A stretch of DNA of 64,000 nucleotides from an uncultured Pelagibacteraceae bacterium (GCA_902612095.1 CACMBZ010000001.1:41311-105310); one strand, 5' to 3'; counted from the first letter of the stretch, positions 26,745 through 39,965 are shown. Notes: generated by a model from the sequence alone, not told the origin. A program made the numbers and translations.

Positions 26745-27959
26745 TTAAATATCCATAAGCAAATTAACCAAGCCATCAGCAGGCTTGGGATCAAAGTAAG
26801 TTGACTTTTTAGGAACAATCTTACCTTTGTCTGCGATGGACATTATCTTTTTCATCGGTAAAGGGCAAATAAAAAATCCTATATCTGCCAAGCCTTTATC
26901 CACTTCATTTGCTAATTTTTTATGATCAAATTTACCAGGAATATTCGACAAATTTACTAAAGAACAATTACATTGTTTTTTAATGATACTATTTATCATT
27001 ATTTTTTCAACTATGTCAGTGTCAGTTTCATATTTAGTATAGAGTTTTTTATTTGATGTGAGTGAAACATTGTACCAAGTTTTATTTAAATATATCATCA
27101 CACTACCTGGGTCACATGGATTTTTAAATTTTAATTTTTTTTCTAGCTTAAACTTTTTCTTTAAAGCCTGAATTATTTTTTGTTTATTAAAATTTTTAAA
27201 TTTAGCTAGTCGATGAAAGCTCAATATATTGACAGAATGCTCATCAAATATTGCCGCAAGAAGGTTTATTTTTTCTTTTTTATTCTTATTAAGATTTTTC
27301 TTTTTGTTTAAATTTTCAATAGCGGAGTACCTGTGATGCCCATCAGCAATATAAAATTTTTGAATTTTTGATAATTTCTTTCTCAAAGATCGAATTTCAT
27401 TTTTTTCACTTACTTTCCAAAGAGATCTGGTTGTACCGCCTGGCGACTTAAATTTATAAAGAGGTTTTTTTCTTTCGTATTTTTTAAAATCAATGTGTCT
27501 GCTATTTTGATTTTTATAGGATAAATAAACTGGACCTATTTGCATTTTTGTGTGTTCAATTGTTTCCATAATAGAATTCGATCGTGCTTTGAATATTGCT
27601 TCATGTTTCAGAATTTGATTATTCCCTTCCTCGAACTCTATTGATGCAACTATACCAAACTGCTTCTTATTATATTTATCTAAACAATATACGTAAAAAC
27701 ATTCATCCTTCTCCTGAAAAATAATATTATTCTTAATCATAGACTCTAAGTGCTTGTATGCGTGCTTTTTTGAATTTTTTTTGGTAATGTTAGGGTAAAA
27801 TGCTTTTGGACTTACTACGTTTAAGAAATTATATTCTGACTCTTTTAAAATTTTATTTAGCTGTTTGTTCGTTAAATTATCAAAAGTTGGCAATACCACT
27901 TCCTCTACTCTTTTCTGTAAAGGCCTAAAGGCTTTGAATGGTTTTATTGATAAGGTCAT
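26745..27959 (-). CDS. DUF1015-family protein of unknown function
   Basis: 404 aa with N-terminal FKAFRP... and the family-typical ADGHHRY motif. First gene of the serC-serA-gpmA string. Confidence 0.75.
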   Translation of the reverse strand: MTLSIKPFKAFRPLQKRVEEVVLPTFDNLTNKQLNKILKESEYNFLNVVSPKAFYPNITKKNSKKHAYKHLESMIKNNIIFQEKDECFYVYCLDKYNKKQFGIVASIEFEEGNNQILKHEAIFKARSNSIMETIEHTKMQIGPVYLSYKNQNSRHIDFKKYERKKPLYKFKSPGGTTRSLWKVSEKNEIRSLRKKLSKIQKFYIADGHHRYSAIENLNKKKNLNKNKKEKINLLAAIFDEHSVNILSFHRLAKFKNFNKQKIIQALKKKFKLEKKLKFKNPCDPGSVMIYLNKTWYNVSLTSNKKLYTKYETDTDIVEKIMINSIIKKQCNCSLVNLSNIPGKFDHKKLANEVDKGLADIGFFICPLPMKKIMSIADKGKIVPKKSTYFDPKPADGLVNLLMDI

Positions 27960-28061
27960 ATTTATTTATTTGATAAAACGCTGATTAAGTAGGGTATTTA
28001 TATGTATATTTTATGCATAAATCTCGCAGATTTTAAGTTTTTTTATCTGAAATTATGGCTA

Positions 28062-28089
28062 TTGACATAAGAAAAGTGACGTTTATATT
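28062..28089 (+). promoter_or_regulatory. candidate sigma70 promoter of the rplU-rpmA-obg operon
   Basis: TTGACA (28062-67), 16-nt spacer, TATATT (28084-89), about 35 nt upstream of the rplU ATG. Confidence 0.45.
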
Positions 28090-28124
28090 CAGGCCACTTT
28101 TAATATCAAATAGTAATTTCTATT

Positions 28125-28559
28125 ATGTTTGCGATTATTTCAACTGGCGGAAAGCAGTATAAAGTTAGCGAAAACACTATGTTGAGTGTGAGCAAAATTG
28201 ATGGCAAAGATGGTGATAAGATCACTATCGATGATGTCCTTTTCGCTTGTGATAAAGAACAATTTTCTGTGGGATCTCCACAAATCAGTGGCGCGAAAGT
28301 TAATGCTGAAATTGTTAAACAAGACAGAGATAGAAAAATTTTAGTATTTAAGAAGAAAAGAAGAAAAAACTATCGAAGACTTAATGGTCACAGACAGGAT
28401 ATAACTTTTTTAAAAATTAATTCACTTGATATACCTGGATTTACTTCAAAAAAAGCTGTGAAGAAAGCAAGTGATACGAAGTTAGAAACTGAAAAGAAAA
28501 CAGTTACAAAAAAGAAAACTACAGTTAAAAAGAAAACTGTGCAAAAAAAGGATAGCTAA
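28125..28559 (+). CDS. rplU: 50S ribosomal protein L21 with about 44-aa Lys-rich C-terminal tail
   Basis: [14 protein letters not shown]... core of about 100 aa, then [36 protein letters not shown]. Confidence 0.9.
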   Translation: MFAIISTGGKQYKVSENTMLSVSKIDGKDGDKITIDDVLFACDKEQFSVGSPQISGAKVNAEIVKQDRDRKILVFKKKRRKNYRRLNGHRQDITFLKINSLDIPGFTSKKAVKKASDTKLETEKKTVTKKKTTVKKKTVQKKDS

Positions 28560-28561
28560 TA

Positions 28562-28819
28562 ATGGCAACTAAAAAAGCTGGCGGCTCATCGAGAAACGGA
28601 AGAGACTCAGCTGGAAGAAGATTGGGTATAAAGAAATACAGTGGTCAAACTGTAATACCTGGTAACATCATAGCTAGACAAAGGGGTACTAAATGGCACC
28701 CAGGTGATAATGTAGGCCTTGGAAAAGATCATACAATTTTTTCGCTTGTTGATGGCTTTGTAAAGTTTGGTAAGAAAAAAAACGGAAAAACATTTATTTC
28801 TGTTGTTCCCAAACAGTAA
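28562..28819 (+). CDS. rpmA: 50S ribosomal protein L27
   Basis: [24 protein letters not shown]...[10 protein letters not shown]. Confidence 0.95.
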   Translation: MATKKAGGSSRNGRDSAGRRLGIKKYSGQTVIPGNIIARQRGTKWHPGDNVGLGKDHTIFSLVDGFVKFGKKKNGKTFISVVPKQ

Positions 28820-28838
28820 ATCTAAATCTTTTTTCTAA

Positions 28839-29828
<990 letters not shown>

Positions 29829-30938
29829 ATGAAATTAGAACAAACAAATAGAATTATTATCAAAATTGGATCTGCACTTCTATTCAATGAAACTTCGGGA
29901 AGTCTTAATAAAGAATGGCTTAATAGTCTTGCTGAAGATGTTAAATATTTAAGAGAAAATGATAAAGAGGTTATAATTGTTTCTTCTGGAGCAATTGCGA
30001 TGGGTGCAAAAGATTTAGATCTTGATATGAAAAATATGAAGATGGATATGAATCAAGCTGTATCTGCTGTGGGCCAAATACATTTGATGGGCTCATTTAA
30101 GAGTGCCTTTGAAAAAAATGAAATCAAAATTTCCCAAATTCTTCTTACCTTAGATGATACTGAACAAAGAAGAAGATCAATAAATGCCAGAAGAACAATA
30201 GATACATTATTAAAATTGGGTATTGTTCCAGTCGTTAATGAAAATGATACAATTGCGACAAGTGAAATAAGATATGGGGACAATGATAGACTTGCATCAA
30301 GAGTGGCTCAAATAACAAGTGCAGATTGTCTTATTTTATTATCTAATATTAATGGCCTTTATTCTGCTGATCCTAGTACTGATGAAGATGTAAAATTGAT
30401 AAACAAGGTAAGTGAAATTGATAAAGATATTGAAAAAATGATTGGGCAATCAATTTCGGATTACGGAAAAGGTGGAATGAAGACAAAAATTCAAGCCGCA
30501 AAGACAGCTATGCTATCAGGCTGTCACTTAGCAATTACTAATGGTTCTATAATGAGACCTGTAAAGTCCTTATTTGAGGGACGTCCATGTACATGGTTTG
30601 AACCAACTAAGACCCCCTTGGCAGCACGCAAGCAATGGATCGCGGGAACAATGAAGCCTGTAGGTAAAATAATAATTGATGACGGAGCTGTTGATGCACT
30701 TAAAAAAGGAAGCAGTCTCTTACCGGCTGGTGTAAAGTCAGTAGAGGGAAACTTTGAGAGAGGAGATGTTATTGAAGTATTGTCATCTGACCAAAATAAA
30801 ATAGGTATAGGGTTAGCCGGTTACGCTGCAGAAGAAAGTATTAAAATTATGGGACACAAAAGTGATGAAATAGCTAACATTCTAAGTTACTCTTACAGAG
30901 AAGAAATGATACATAAGGACGATTTAGTTTTGATATGA
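29829..30938 (+). CDS. proB: glutamate 5-kinase (with PUA domain)
   Basis: 369 aa; IIIKIGSALL, VSSGAIA, NENDT, and a C-terminal PUA region. Confidence 0.9.
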   Translation: MKLEQTNRIIIKIGSALLFNETSGSLNKEWLNSLAEDVKYLRENDKEVIIVSSGAIAMGAKDLDLDMKNMKMDMNQAVSAVGQIHLMGSFKSAFEKNEIKISQILLTLDDTEQRRRSINARRTIDTLLKLGIVPVVNENDTIATSEIRYGDNDRLASRVAQITSADCLILLSNINGLYSADPSTDEDVKLINKVSEIDKDIEKMIGQSISDYGKGGMKTKIQAAKTAMLSGCHLAITNGSIMRPVKSLFEGRPCTWFEPTKTPLAARKQWIAGTMKPVGKIIIDDGAVDALKKGSSLLPAGVKSVEGNFERGDVIEVLSSDQNKIGIGLAGYAAEESIKIMGHKSDEIANILSYSYREEMIHKDDLVLI

Positions 30939-32191
30939 GTATTGAATTAGAATTAGAAAAGATGGGTGAAAACAGTGTTAGGGCCTCAAAAGACATTAGG
31001 TCTTTGAACGAAAGAGATAAAAATAATATTTTAAAATCAATTATAGTAAGTTTAGAAAAGAATAAAAAAAATATTCTAGATGCTAATTCATTAGATATTA
31101 GTAACTCTGAAAATAGTCTTTCAAAAGCAATGGTTGATCGACTTATGCTAGATGACGAACGATTTGATGGAATATTGTCGTCAATTGAAAATGTTATTTC
31201 TTTAGAAGATCCAGTTGGAAACAAACTTTATTCTAATAAAAGGCCAAATGGAATGTTAGTTGAAAGAGTGTCTGTTCCTCTTGGTGTTATTGGAATTATT
31301 TATGAAAGCAGACCAAACGTTACAGTTGATGCGACAGTTTTATGTCTAAAAGCTGGCAATAGTGTAATACTAAGAGGAGGATCTGAGTGCTTTAACACTA
31401 ACTCAGAAATGGTAAAATCTATACAAGGGGCTTTAAAGGAAAATTCTGTTAGCGAACATATTGTTCAATATGTAAGCACTACAGATAGAGCGGCAGTAGA
31501 TTACATGCTTGCTAAAATGGGAAAATATATTGATGTTGTAGTACCTAGAGGCGGTAAAGGTTTAGTAAAAAAAGTTCAAGACACCGCAAAAATACCTGTT
31601 ATTGGACATCTCGATGGAATATGTCATTTATATGTTGATGAAACATCAGATACAGAAATAGCAAGCAAAATCATAGAAAATGCAAAATTGAGAAGAACTG
31701 GAATTTGTGGTGCAGCTGAAACCATATTAATTGATGAAAACTGTGTCGATACTCATTTACCAAAAATTATTACTGATTTAATTAATGGGGGCTGTGAAGT
31801 GAGAGGAGATAATGTATGTATGAAAATCTCAGACAAAGTTCTAAAAGCATCCGAAGAAGATTGGGGTACAGAATATTTAGATGCAATAATATCTATAAAG
31901 ACTGTTAAAGGGGTAGATGAAGCAATAGAACATATTGCTACATATGGATCAGGTCATACAGAGAGTATTATTTCTGAAGATAAAGAGAAAGTTGAAAAGT
32001 TTTTAAATACCGTAGGTAGTGCAATTGTTATGCATAACACTTCAACCCAATTTGCAGATGGAGGTGAATTTGGTTTAGGTGCTGAAATAGGAATTGCTAC
32101 CGGCAAATTGCACGCCAGAGGGCCAGTTGGATTAGAAGGGCTGACAACTTATAAATATATAGTGAGAGGAAATGGACAGGTTAGACCGTAA
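30935..32191 (+). CDS. proA: gamma-glutamyl phosphate reductase
   Basis: 418 aa; IYESRPNVT, LRGGSE, and a catalytic Cys context (RTGICGAAE). Confidence 0.9.
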   Translation: MSIELELEKMGENSVRASKDIRSLNERDKNNILKSIIVSLEKNKKNILDANSLDISNSENSLSKAMVDRLMLDDERFDGILSSIENVISLEDPVGNKLYSNKRPNGMLVERVSVPLGVIGIIYESRPNVTVDATVLCLKAGNSVILRGGSECFNTNSEMVKSIQGALKENSVSEHIVQYVSTTDRAAVDYMLAKMGKYIDVVVPRGGKGLVKKVQDTAKIPVIGHLDGICHLYVDETSDTEIASKIIENAKLRRTGICGAAETILIDENCVDTHLPKIITDLINGGCEVRGDNVCMKISDKVLKASEEDWGTEYLDAIISIKTVKGVDEAIEHIATYGSGHTESIISEDKEKVEKFLNTVGSAIVMHNTSTQFADGGEFGLGAEIGIATGKLHARGPVGLEGLTTYKYIVRGNGQVRP

Positions 32192-32749
32192 ATGAAAATT
32201 GGCATTTTAGGAAGTTCATTTAATCCAGCACATTTAGGACATTTAAAATTATCAGATAAAGCAATTCAAATTTTTGATCTTGATGAAGTCTGGTGGATGA
32301 TCACAAAGCAAAATCCATTGAAGGAAAAGGATGATTATATGTCATTTGAAGACAGAAATAATCAAGCAAAAAAACTAATAGGCAATAAAAATATTAAACT
32401 CAAATTTTTTGAAGATATTACTAACTCAAATTACTTAATTGATAATTTGAAACATATCAAATCTAACTTTACCGAGGATGAGTTCATATTTTTAATGGGT
32501 AGTGACTCTTTTGAAGAAATGGATAAATGGAAAAATTATTTAGATATTTTTAATCAAATGCCTATTGCTGTATTTAATCGTAATGAAAAATTATATAATC
32601 CACTCACGTCTATGGTTGCGGAAAAATTTAAAAACAACCAAATAAAATTGTCTGATGCAAAGTTGATATTTACCAAATCACCTGCTTGGATATTTATTCG
32701 TGACTTTAATGTAAGTGAGTCATCAACTGCCATTAGAAATAATAAATGA
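32192..32749 (+). CDS. nadD: nicotinate-nucleotide adenylyltransferase
   Basis: GILGSSFNPAHLGHL (H/TxGH motif), 185 aa. Conserved proA-nadD-rsfS-rlmH order. Confidence 0.8.
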   Translation: MKIGILGSSFNPAHLGHLKLSDKAIQIFDLDEVWWMITKQNPLKEKDDYMSFEDRNNQAKKLIGNKNIKLKFFEDITNSNYLIDNLKHIKSNFTEDEFIFLMGSDSFEEMDKWKNYLDIFNQMPIAVFNRNEKLYNPLTSMVAEKFKNNQIKLSDAKLIFTKSPAWIFIRDFNVSESSTAIRNNK

Positions 32750-33069
32750 CGCAAATACTAAAAAAAATATTAAGTGATTTAGAGGATAATAAGGCTCTGG
32801 ATATAGTTTCTATTGATATATCTAAAAAAACTTCACTGGCTGACCACCTAGTATTTGCAACCGGAACATCAAATAGACATATAAACGCGATTTCCCAATC
32901 AGTTCATAAAATGCTTAAAAGTCTAAATATTACACTGCCATCAATTGAGGGAAACCAAGACAGTGGTTGGATAGTAATTGATAGTGGTGACGTTATTATC
33001 CATTTATTTAAAGATGAAATTAGAAAATTTTATAACTTAGAAAATATGTGGTCCTCAGAAATTGAATAA
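32746..33069 (+). CDS. rsfS: ribosome silencing factor RsfS (iojap-like)
   Basis: 107 aa; DIS.KTSLADHLVFATGTSNRH...W.V.D.GDVIIHLF. Confidence 0.8.
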   Translation: MTQILKKILSDLEDNKALDIVSIDISKKTSLADHLVFATGTSNRHINAISQSVHKMLKSLNITLPSIEGNQDSGWIVIDSGDVIIHLFKDEIRKFYNLENMWSSEIE

Positions 33070-33080
33070 TTGATCCTTAA

Positions 33081-33515
33081 ATGAAAATTGAAATTCTACA
33101 TTTTGATAAATTTAAATTTGATCATGAAGAACAACTTCATGATATTTATATAAAACGTATTTCACAGTTTAGAAATATTATAACTGACATAAAAACAGTA
33201 AAAATTAATAATAAAGGAATTGAGAATAGACTTGTAAAAAAGAAGGCCAATGAGTGTTTTGTAAGCCTTGACGAGAAAGGTGAGCATTTTTCAACTGAAG
33301 ACTTAAAAGTATTCTTATTTAATAATAATTTCAAAAACTTGAAATTTATTGTTGGCAGTACTGATGGTATTCAGAAAGGTATACTAGAAAAAAGTAATAA
33401 GGTTATTTCCTTAAGTAAAATGACATTAACGCACTCATTTGCAGTAATAATTTTATTAGAACAAATATATAGATCTGCTACTATTGTATCTAATCATCCA
33501 TATCATAGAGTTTAA
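33081..33515 (+). CDS. rlmH: 23S rRNA (pseudouridine1915-N3)-methyltransferase
   Basis: 144-aa SPOUT protein; the C-terminal LSKMTLTH...LLEQIYR...NHPYH motif is typical of RlmH. Confidence 0.8.
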   Translation: MKIEILHFDKFKFDHEEQLHDIYIKRISQFRNIITDIKTVKINNKGIENRLVKKKANECFVSLDEKGEHFSTEDLKVFLFNNNFKNLKFIVGSTDGIQKGILEKSNKVISLSKMTLTHSFAVIILLEQIYRSATIVSNHPYHRV

Positions 33516-33517
33516 AA

Positions 33518-34666
33518 ATGAAAATTTTGTTTATTACACTATCGTTTGTTATATCGCTTTTTAGCTTTAATTATATCTCTGCAAATAACCAAGATCTTTA
33601 TAAAAAATTGGATGTCTTTGGGGATGTTTTTGACATTATAAAAAGTAATTATGTCGAGGATATAGATGACGAGAAAGTAATTGAATACGCAATTAACGGT
33701 ATGCTTCAATCATTGGATCCATTTTCAAGCTATATGGATTCAGAAATTTATACTGATATGCAAGAAGAAACAAAAGGCGAATTTGGTGGACTTGGAATTG
33801 AGGTAACAATGGAAAACGGGTATGTAAAAGTAATTTCCCCAATTGATGATACTCCGGCTGCGAGAGCAGGAATGCGCCCTGGTGATTATATTACACACAT
33901 TGATGAAATTGACGTGCTTGGATTAACACTAAGTGAAGCTGTTGAACTTTTACGAGGGCCTGTAGGTAAATCATTAACAATAAAAGTAGTTAGAATCGGA
34001 GAAGAAGACCCCATAGATGTGACATTAAAAAGGGCGGTTATAACTGTACAAGCAGTTAAATTTAAGGCTGAAGGTAACATTGGATACATAAGATTAATAT
34101 CATTCAGCGAACAAGCCGATAAAGGCATTAGAAATGCTGTAAAAGAATTATCAAACAGCATCGGAAAAAATAATGTTGAAGGCTACATAATTGATTTAAG
34201 GAATAATCCTGGTGGTTTATTGGATCAATCGGCAAAAGTTACAAATAACTTCCTAAAATCTGGTGAAATTGTATCAATAAAGGGAAGAGATAAAAATGAT
34301 ATATCAAGATTTACAGCGTCAGGTGGGGACATTGCTAACGATAAGCCAATTATTGTTCTTATAAATCAGGGATCTGCATCAGCTTCTGAAATTGTTGCGG
34401 GTGCGCTTCAAGATCATAAACGCGCAATTATTCTTGGAGAACAATCATACGGAAAGGGATCAGTTCAAACGATCTTTCCATTAAAAGACTCGAGTGCCAT
34501 CAGAATGACAACAGCGCTTTATTATACGCCCTCTGGTGACTCTATTCATAGAGTTGGAATAACTCCAGATATTGAAGTTGAATATATATACGATGAGGAC
34601 GAAGAAACCGATAATCAATTAAATTATGCTCTAGATCTTTTTGATAAAGAAAAGATGGTTGAATAA
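33518..34666 (+). CDS. ctpA: carboxy-terminal processing protease (S41, PDZ-containing)
   Basis: Signal peptide; FGGLGIE, PDZ region (SPIDDTPAARAG), DLRNNPGG, SASASEI, KGSVQT. Confidence 0.85.
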   Translation: MKILFITLSFVISLFSFNYISANNQDLYKKLDVFGDVFDIIKSNYVEDIDDEKVIEYAINGMLQSLDPFSSYMDSEIYTDMQEETKGEFGGLGIEVTMENGYVKVISPIDDTPAARAGMRPGDYITHIDEIDVLGLTLSEAVELLRGPVGKSLTIKVVRIGEEDPIDVTLKRAVITVQAVKFKAEGNIGYIRLISFSEQADKGIRNAVKELSNSIGKNNVEGYIIDLRNNPGGLLDQSAKVTNNFLKSGEIVSIKGRDKNDISRFTASGGDIANDKPIIVLINQGSASASEIVAGALQDHKRAIILGEQSYGKGSVQTIFPLKDSSAIRMTTALYYTPSGDSIHRVGITPDIEVEYIYDEDEETDNQLNYALDLFDKEKMVE

Positions 34667-34693
34667 AATTAATATTTTCAGCAACAGAACAGA

Positions 34694-35164
34694 ATGGATC
34701 AAAAACCAAGGTATAGAAGAGGAGTTGGAATGATTATTCTCAACTCTAATAATCAAATTTTTATTGGACAAAGATTTGATAAAGATAAATCAGCTTGGCA
34801 GATGCCACAAGGTGGAATTGATAAAGGAGAAAGCCCTGCAAAAGCTGTTATACGAGAAATGAAAGAGGAAACTGGAATTAAAAAAAATTATAAAATTATA
34901 TATGAAAGTAAAACTTGGTATTTTTATAAACTTCCTTCTTATTTAAGAAAAAAACTTTGGAAAGGTAGATTTATTGGTCAAAAACAAAAATGGTTTATAA
35001 TAAGTTTTACCGGAAATGATGAAGATATAAATATTAAAACAAAGAAACCAGAATTTAAGAAATGGGAATGGTCTACACAAGATAAAATACTTAAAAAAAT
35101 CGTTCCCTTTAAAAGAAGACTTTATACAAGCATATTTAAAGAAATTAATAATATCGATATTTAA
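34694..35164 (+). CDS. rppH: RNA pyrophosphohydrolase (Nudix)
   Basis: YRRGVGMIILN...WQMPQGGIDKGESPAKAVIREMKEETGI (Nudix box). Confidence 0.8.
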   Translation: MDQKPRYRRGVGMIILNSNNQIFIGQRFDKDKSAWQMPQGGIDKGESPAKAVIREMKEETGIKKNYKIIYESKTWYFYKLPSYLRKKLWKGRFIGQKQKWFIISFTGNDEDINIKTKKPEFKKWEWSTQDKILKKIVPFKRRLYTSIFKEINNIDI

Positions 35165-35547
35165 TTTAAAAGAAGTTTTAAACTATCAATTTTTTTCTGA
35201 ATTTTCATTTTTTGAGTCTCATCAGCAGTCTCAAGAGCTGAAGAATAATTCTCAATTTTATCATTAATAAAGTCATTATTCAAAGCAGCTTCTTCATCCA
35301 AACCCACAGCTATAACAAGTAGCTCGTTGTTAGAGAATTTAATAAAGCCCTCTTCAACAAACAATGATTGTGTTTGATCTGAATTAGTTACTTTTATGAT
35401 TCCTGGCCTAAGAGAGGTAATAATATTTGAGTGATTTGGAAGTACTCCAAGATCACCTTCCGCACCAGGTAAGACAACCATTTGAGCATCACCCTCAAGG
35501 TATATTTTTTCAGGCGTTACTAATTTATAGTTAAATTGATCAGACAT
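35161..35547 (-). CDS. atpC: F1 ATP synthase epsilon subunit
   Basis: 128 aa, last gene of atpHAGDC; ...LVTPEK...V.LPGAEGDLGVLPNH. Confidence 0.9.
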   Translation of the reverse strand: MSDQFNYKLVTPEKIYLEGDAQMVVLPGAEGDLGVLPNHSNIITSLRPGIIKVTNSDQTQSLFVEEGFIKFSNNELLVIAVGLDEEAALNNDFINDKIENYSSALETADETQKMKIQKKIDSLKLLLN

Positions 35548-35552
35548 TCAAG

Positions 35553-36989
<1,437 letters not shown>

Positions 36990-36993
36990 TTAA

Positions 36994-37878
36994 TTAAACT
37001 GCTTCTGCTCCAGAAATTATCTCAATAAGCTCTTTAGTAATAACAGCTTGTCTGGACCGGTTATAAAATAGTGTTAAATTATCAATCATATCAGACGCGT
37101 TTCTTGATGCATTATCCATAGCGCTCATTCTAGCGCCTTGTTCGCTGGCTGCACTTTCTAGTAAAGCTTTAAATATTTGAATTGTAAAGTTCAGCGGGAG
37201 TAGTTCATCGAGTATTTCACTCTCACCAGGCTCAAATTCAAAAAAAGTATTGTCATTTTTAGTTGTATCTGACTCGTTTTCAGGAATATCAATTGGAACA
37301 ATTTGTTGTTCAGTTGGAATCTGTGATATTACTGATTTAAACTTATTATAAAAGATAGAACATTTATCAAATTCTTCGTCAAAATACATTTTTATTATTT
37401 TGTCAGCTATATTTTTTGCATCCTGATAAGAAGCAGACTTAACAGATCTCATATCAACAACTTCGACGATTTTTTTTTCATGCTGTCTTTTAATAATGTC
37501 ATAACCCTTTTTTCCGACACAAATAATTTTTACTTGTTTGCCAGACTCTTCAAGGCTTGCTACTTTATCCCGAAGTGATTTAGTGACAATTGAATTAAAT
37601 CCACCACACAGTCCTCTCTCAGATGTAAAGAGGATCAACATATGAATTGAGTCCTTATTATCCCCGGTTAATAAATTTCTTTCATTTGAAGTTGGAGAGT
37701 ACCCAGATGATATAGATGATATAAGATCTTCCATGGTCTCAGAATAAGGACGACTTGACTCAGCAGATTCTTGGGCACGCCGTAATTTTGCAGCCGCAAC
37801 CATTTTCATGGCTTTAGTTATTTTTTGAGTAGACTTAACGCTACCAATTCGTTTTTTTAGATCGTCTAAACTTGGCAT
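36994..37878 (-). CDS. atpG: F1 ATP synthase gamma subunit
   Basis: 294 aa; MPSLDDLKKRIGSVKSTQKITKAMKMVAAAKLRRAQ. Confidence 0.95.
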   Translation of the reverse strand: MPSLDDLKKRIGSVKSTQKITKAMKMVAAAKLRRAQESAESSRPYSETMEDLISSISSGYSPTSNERNLLTGDNKDSIHMLILFTSERGLCGGFNSIVTKSLRDKVASLEESGKQVKIICVGKKGYDIIKRQHEKKIVEVVDMRSVKSASYQDAKNIADKIIKMYFDEEFDKCSIFYNKFKSVISQIPTEQQIVPIDIPENESDTTKNDNTFFEFEPGESEILDELLPLNFTIQIFKALLESAASEQGARMSAMDNASRNASDMIDNLTLFYNRSRQAVITKELIEIISGAEAV

Positions 37879-39405
37879 TTACCTATTTTTTTTAAACTCT
37901 TCAATTATTGATGTTAATTTACTGGAAGTATCATCGTTCAAGTCTCCAGATGAATTGATAGACTCAATAATATCTGAATGAGATGATTTTATAAGTTCAA
38001 ATAGATCTTTTTCGAAATCCCTTATCTGACTCAACTCCAGATCATCTAAGTAACCGTTCACACCAGTAAAAATTGAAACAACTTGCTCTGCAATTGTCAT
38101 CGGTGAATACTGGTTTTGCTTTAATAGTTCGGTAAGTTTTGAACCTCTATTTAATAGCTTCTGTGTCGAGGCATCTAGGTCTGAACCAAATTGGGCAAAT
38201 GCTGCCATTTCACGGTACTGGGCCAGTTCAAGTTTTATCGAGCCTGCAACCTTCTTCATCGCCTTGGTTTGCGCTGCAGAACCAACTCGGGACACACTTA
38301 AACCTACATTAACTGCAGGTCTGATACCTTGGTTAAACAATTCAGTTTCTAGAAAAATTTGACCATCAGTGATTGAAATCACGTTTGTTGGTATAAATGC
38401 ACTAACATCATTTGCTTGAGTTTCAATCACAGGCAACGCTGTTAATGAACCACCTCCATTTTCATCATTCATCTTGGCCGCTCTCTCAAGTAATCTACTG
38501 TGAAGATAAAATACATCTCCTGGAAATGCTTCACGTCCTGGGGGTCTTCTAAGAAGTAGTGACATTTGTCTATAAGCTACTGCTTGTTTCGATAAATCAT
38601 CATAAATTATTAAAGCATGCATTCCATTATCACGGAAATATTCACCCATTGAACAACCAGTATAAGGAGCAAGAAATTGTAGTGGAGCAGCGTCACTTGC
38701 TGTTGCTGCAACAACTGTAGTATATTCCATGGCACCAGCGTCTTCTAGGGCTTTCACTGTTTGAGCAATCGAAGATCTTTTTTGACCTATACCGACATAA
38801 ATACAATAAAGTTTCTTAGTTTCATCGCCAGATTCATTAATGGATTTTTGATTTATGATAGTATCAATAGCAATTGCTGTTTTTCCAGTTTGTCTGTCAC
38901 CAATAATTAATTCACGTTGCCCTCTGCCAATTGGAATCAAGCTGTCGATCGCTTTAAGACCTGTTTGCATTGGTTCGGATACTGATTTTCTTGGTATTAT
39001 ACCTGGCGCTTTAACTTCAATACGACTTCTATTCTGTGACTCTATGTTTCCTTTTCCATCTATAGGATTTCCAAGAGCATCTACAACTCTTCCTAGCAGC
39101 TCTTTACCTACTGGAACATCAACAATAGAATTTGTCCTTTTAACTGTATCACCTTCTTTAATATTTGCATCACTTCCAAATAGCACAACACCTACATTAT
39201 CATCCTCCAGGTTAAGGGCCATTCCTCTTGTACCATCATCAAACATTACCATTTCACCAGCCTGAACATTATCAAGTCCATAAATTCTTGCGATACCATC
39301 TCCAATTGAAAGAACTTGACCAACTTCTGTAATTTCAGAGTCAGATCCAAAATTTTTTATTTCCTCTTTGAGTATTTTTGATATTTCTGATGGTTGTATG
39401 TCCAT
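37879..39405 (-). CDS. atpA: F1 ATP synthase alpha subunit
   Basis: 508 aa; Walker A GDRQTGKT. Confidence 0.97.
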   Translation of the reverse strand: MDIQPSEISKILKEEIKNFGSDSEITEVGQVLSIGDGIARIYGLDNVQAGEMVMFDDGTRGMALNLEDDNVGVVLFGSDANIKEGDTVKRTNSIVDVPVGKELLGRVVDALGNPIDGKGNIESQNRSRIEVKAPGIIPRKSVSEPMQTGLKAIDSLIPIGRGQRELIIGDRQTGKTAIAIDTIINQKSINESGDETKKLYCIYVGIGQKRSSIAQTVKALEDAGAMEYTTVVAATASDAAPLQFLAPYTGCSMGEYFRDNGMHALIIYDDLSKQAVAYRQMSLLLRRPPGREAFPGDVFYLHSRLLERAAKMNDENGGGSLTALPVIETQANDVSAFIPTNVISITDGQIFLETELFNQGIRPAVNVGLSVSRVGSAAQTKAMKKVAGSIKLELAQYREMAAFAQFGSDLDASTQKLLNRGSKLTELLKQNQYSPMTIAEQVVSIFTGVNGYLDDLELSQIRDFEKDLFELIKSSHSDIIESINSSGDLNDDTSSKLTSIIEEFKKNR

Positions 39406-39965
39406 TAAGCGACCTCTTTCATTTTTTCTTTTAATGTTTGGAGTTGATTTTTAATACTGCTATCAATCATTTGACTACCAACTTGTATTTTAAGACCCCC
39501 TATTAAAGTCTCATCAACTATAGTGTTAATATTAAATTCTGAACTAAACTTATCTTTGAGTTTATCCTTAATATGTTTTAATTCATCTTCTTTCAGAACT
39601 TTAGCTGAAGTAATTGTTGCTGACATCTCACCCTTAAGTCCAGACATTAATTTCTCAAATGAATTAATGATTTCCATTAAGTAGTTTATTCGGTTTTTGT
39701 TAATTATTACTCCAATAAAATTTTTTGCCAGCTTAGACATTTCAATTTTCTCAGAAAGTGAATTAAAAAAATTAAATTTATTAGATTTGCTGATTGAAGG
39801 ATTCTTAACCATGGATAGTAAAGTGTCATCTTCATTCAGTATTTTTTTTAAATTTAAAAGTTCACTAGAAACAGTTTCGAGCACTTTAGCCTCTTTTGCC
39901 AGCTGAAATAATGCATTAGCATATCTATCAACTGATGCGATTTGTCTTGTACTTGCGTTAGCCAT
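39405..39965 (-). CDS. atpH: F1 ATP synthase delta (OSCP) subunit
   Basis: 186 aa, first gene of the F1 operon; YANALFQLA... OSCP pattern. Confidence 0.85.
   Translation of the reverse strand: MANASTRQIASVDRYANALFQLAKEAKVLETVSSELLNLKKILNEDDTLLSMVKNPSISKSNKFNFFNSLSEKIEMSKLAKNFIGVIINKNRINYLMEIINSFEKLMSGLKGEMSATITSAKVLKEDELKHIKDKLKDKFSSEFNINTIVDETLIGGLKIQVGSQMIDSSIKNQLQTLKEKMKEVA

Noticed and set aside
26741-26818. A 26-codon hydrophobic N-terminal extension of serC that overlaps the DUF1015 gene; it could be read as a signal peptide.
   Set aside because: SerC is cytoplasmic. Starting at the internal Met (26740) gives the expected PHYPYFSSGPC N-terminus and removes a 74-nt overlap.
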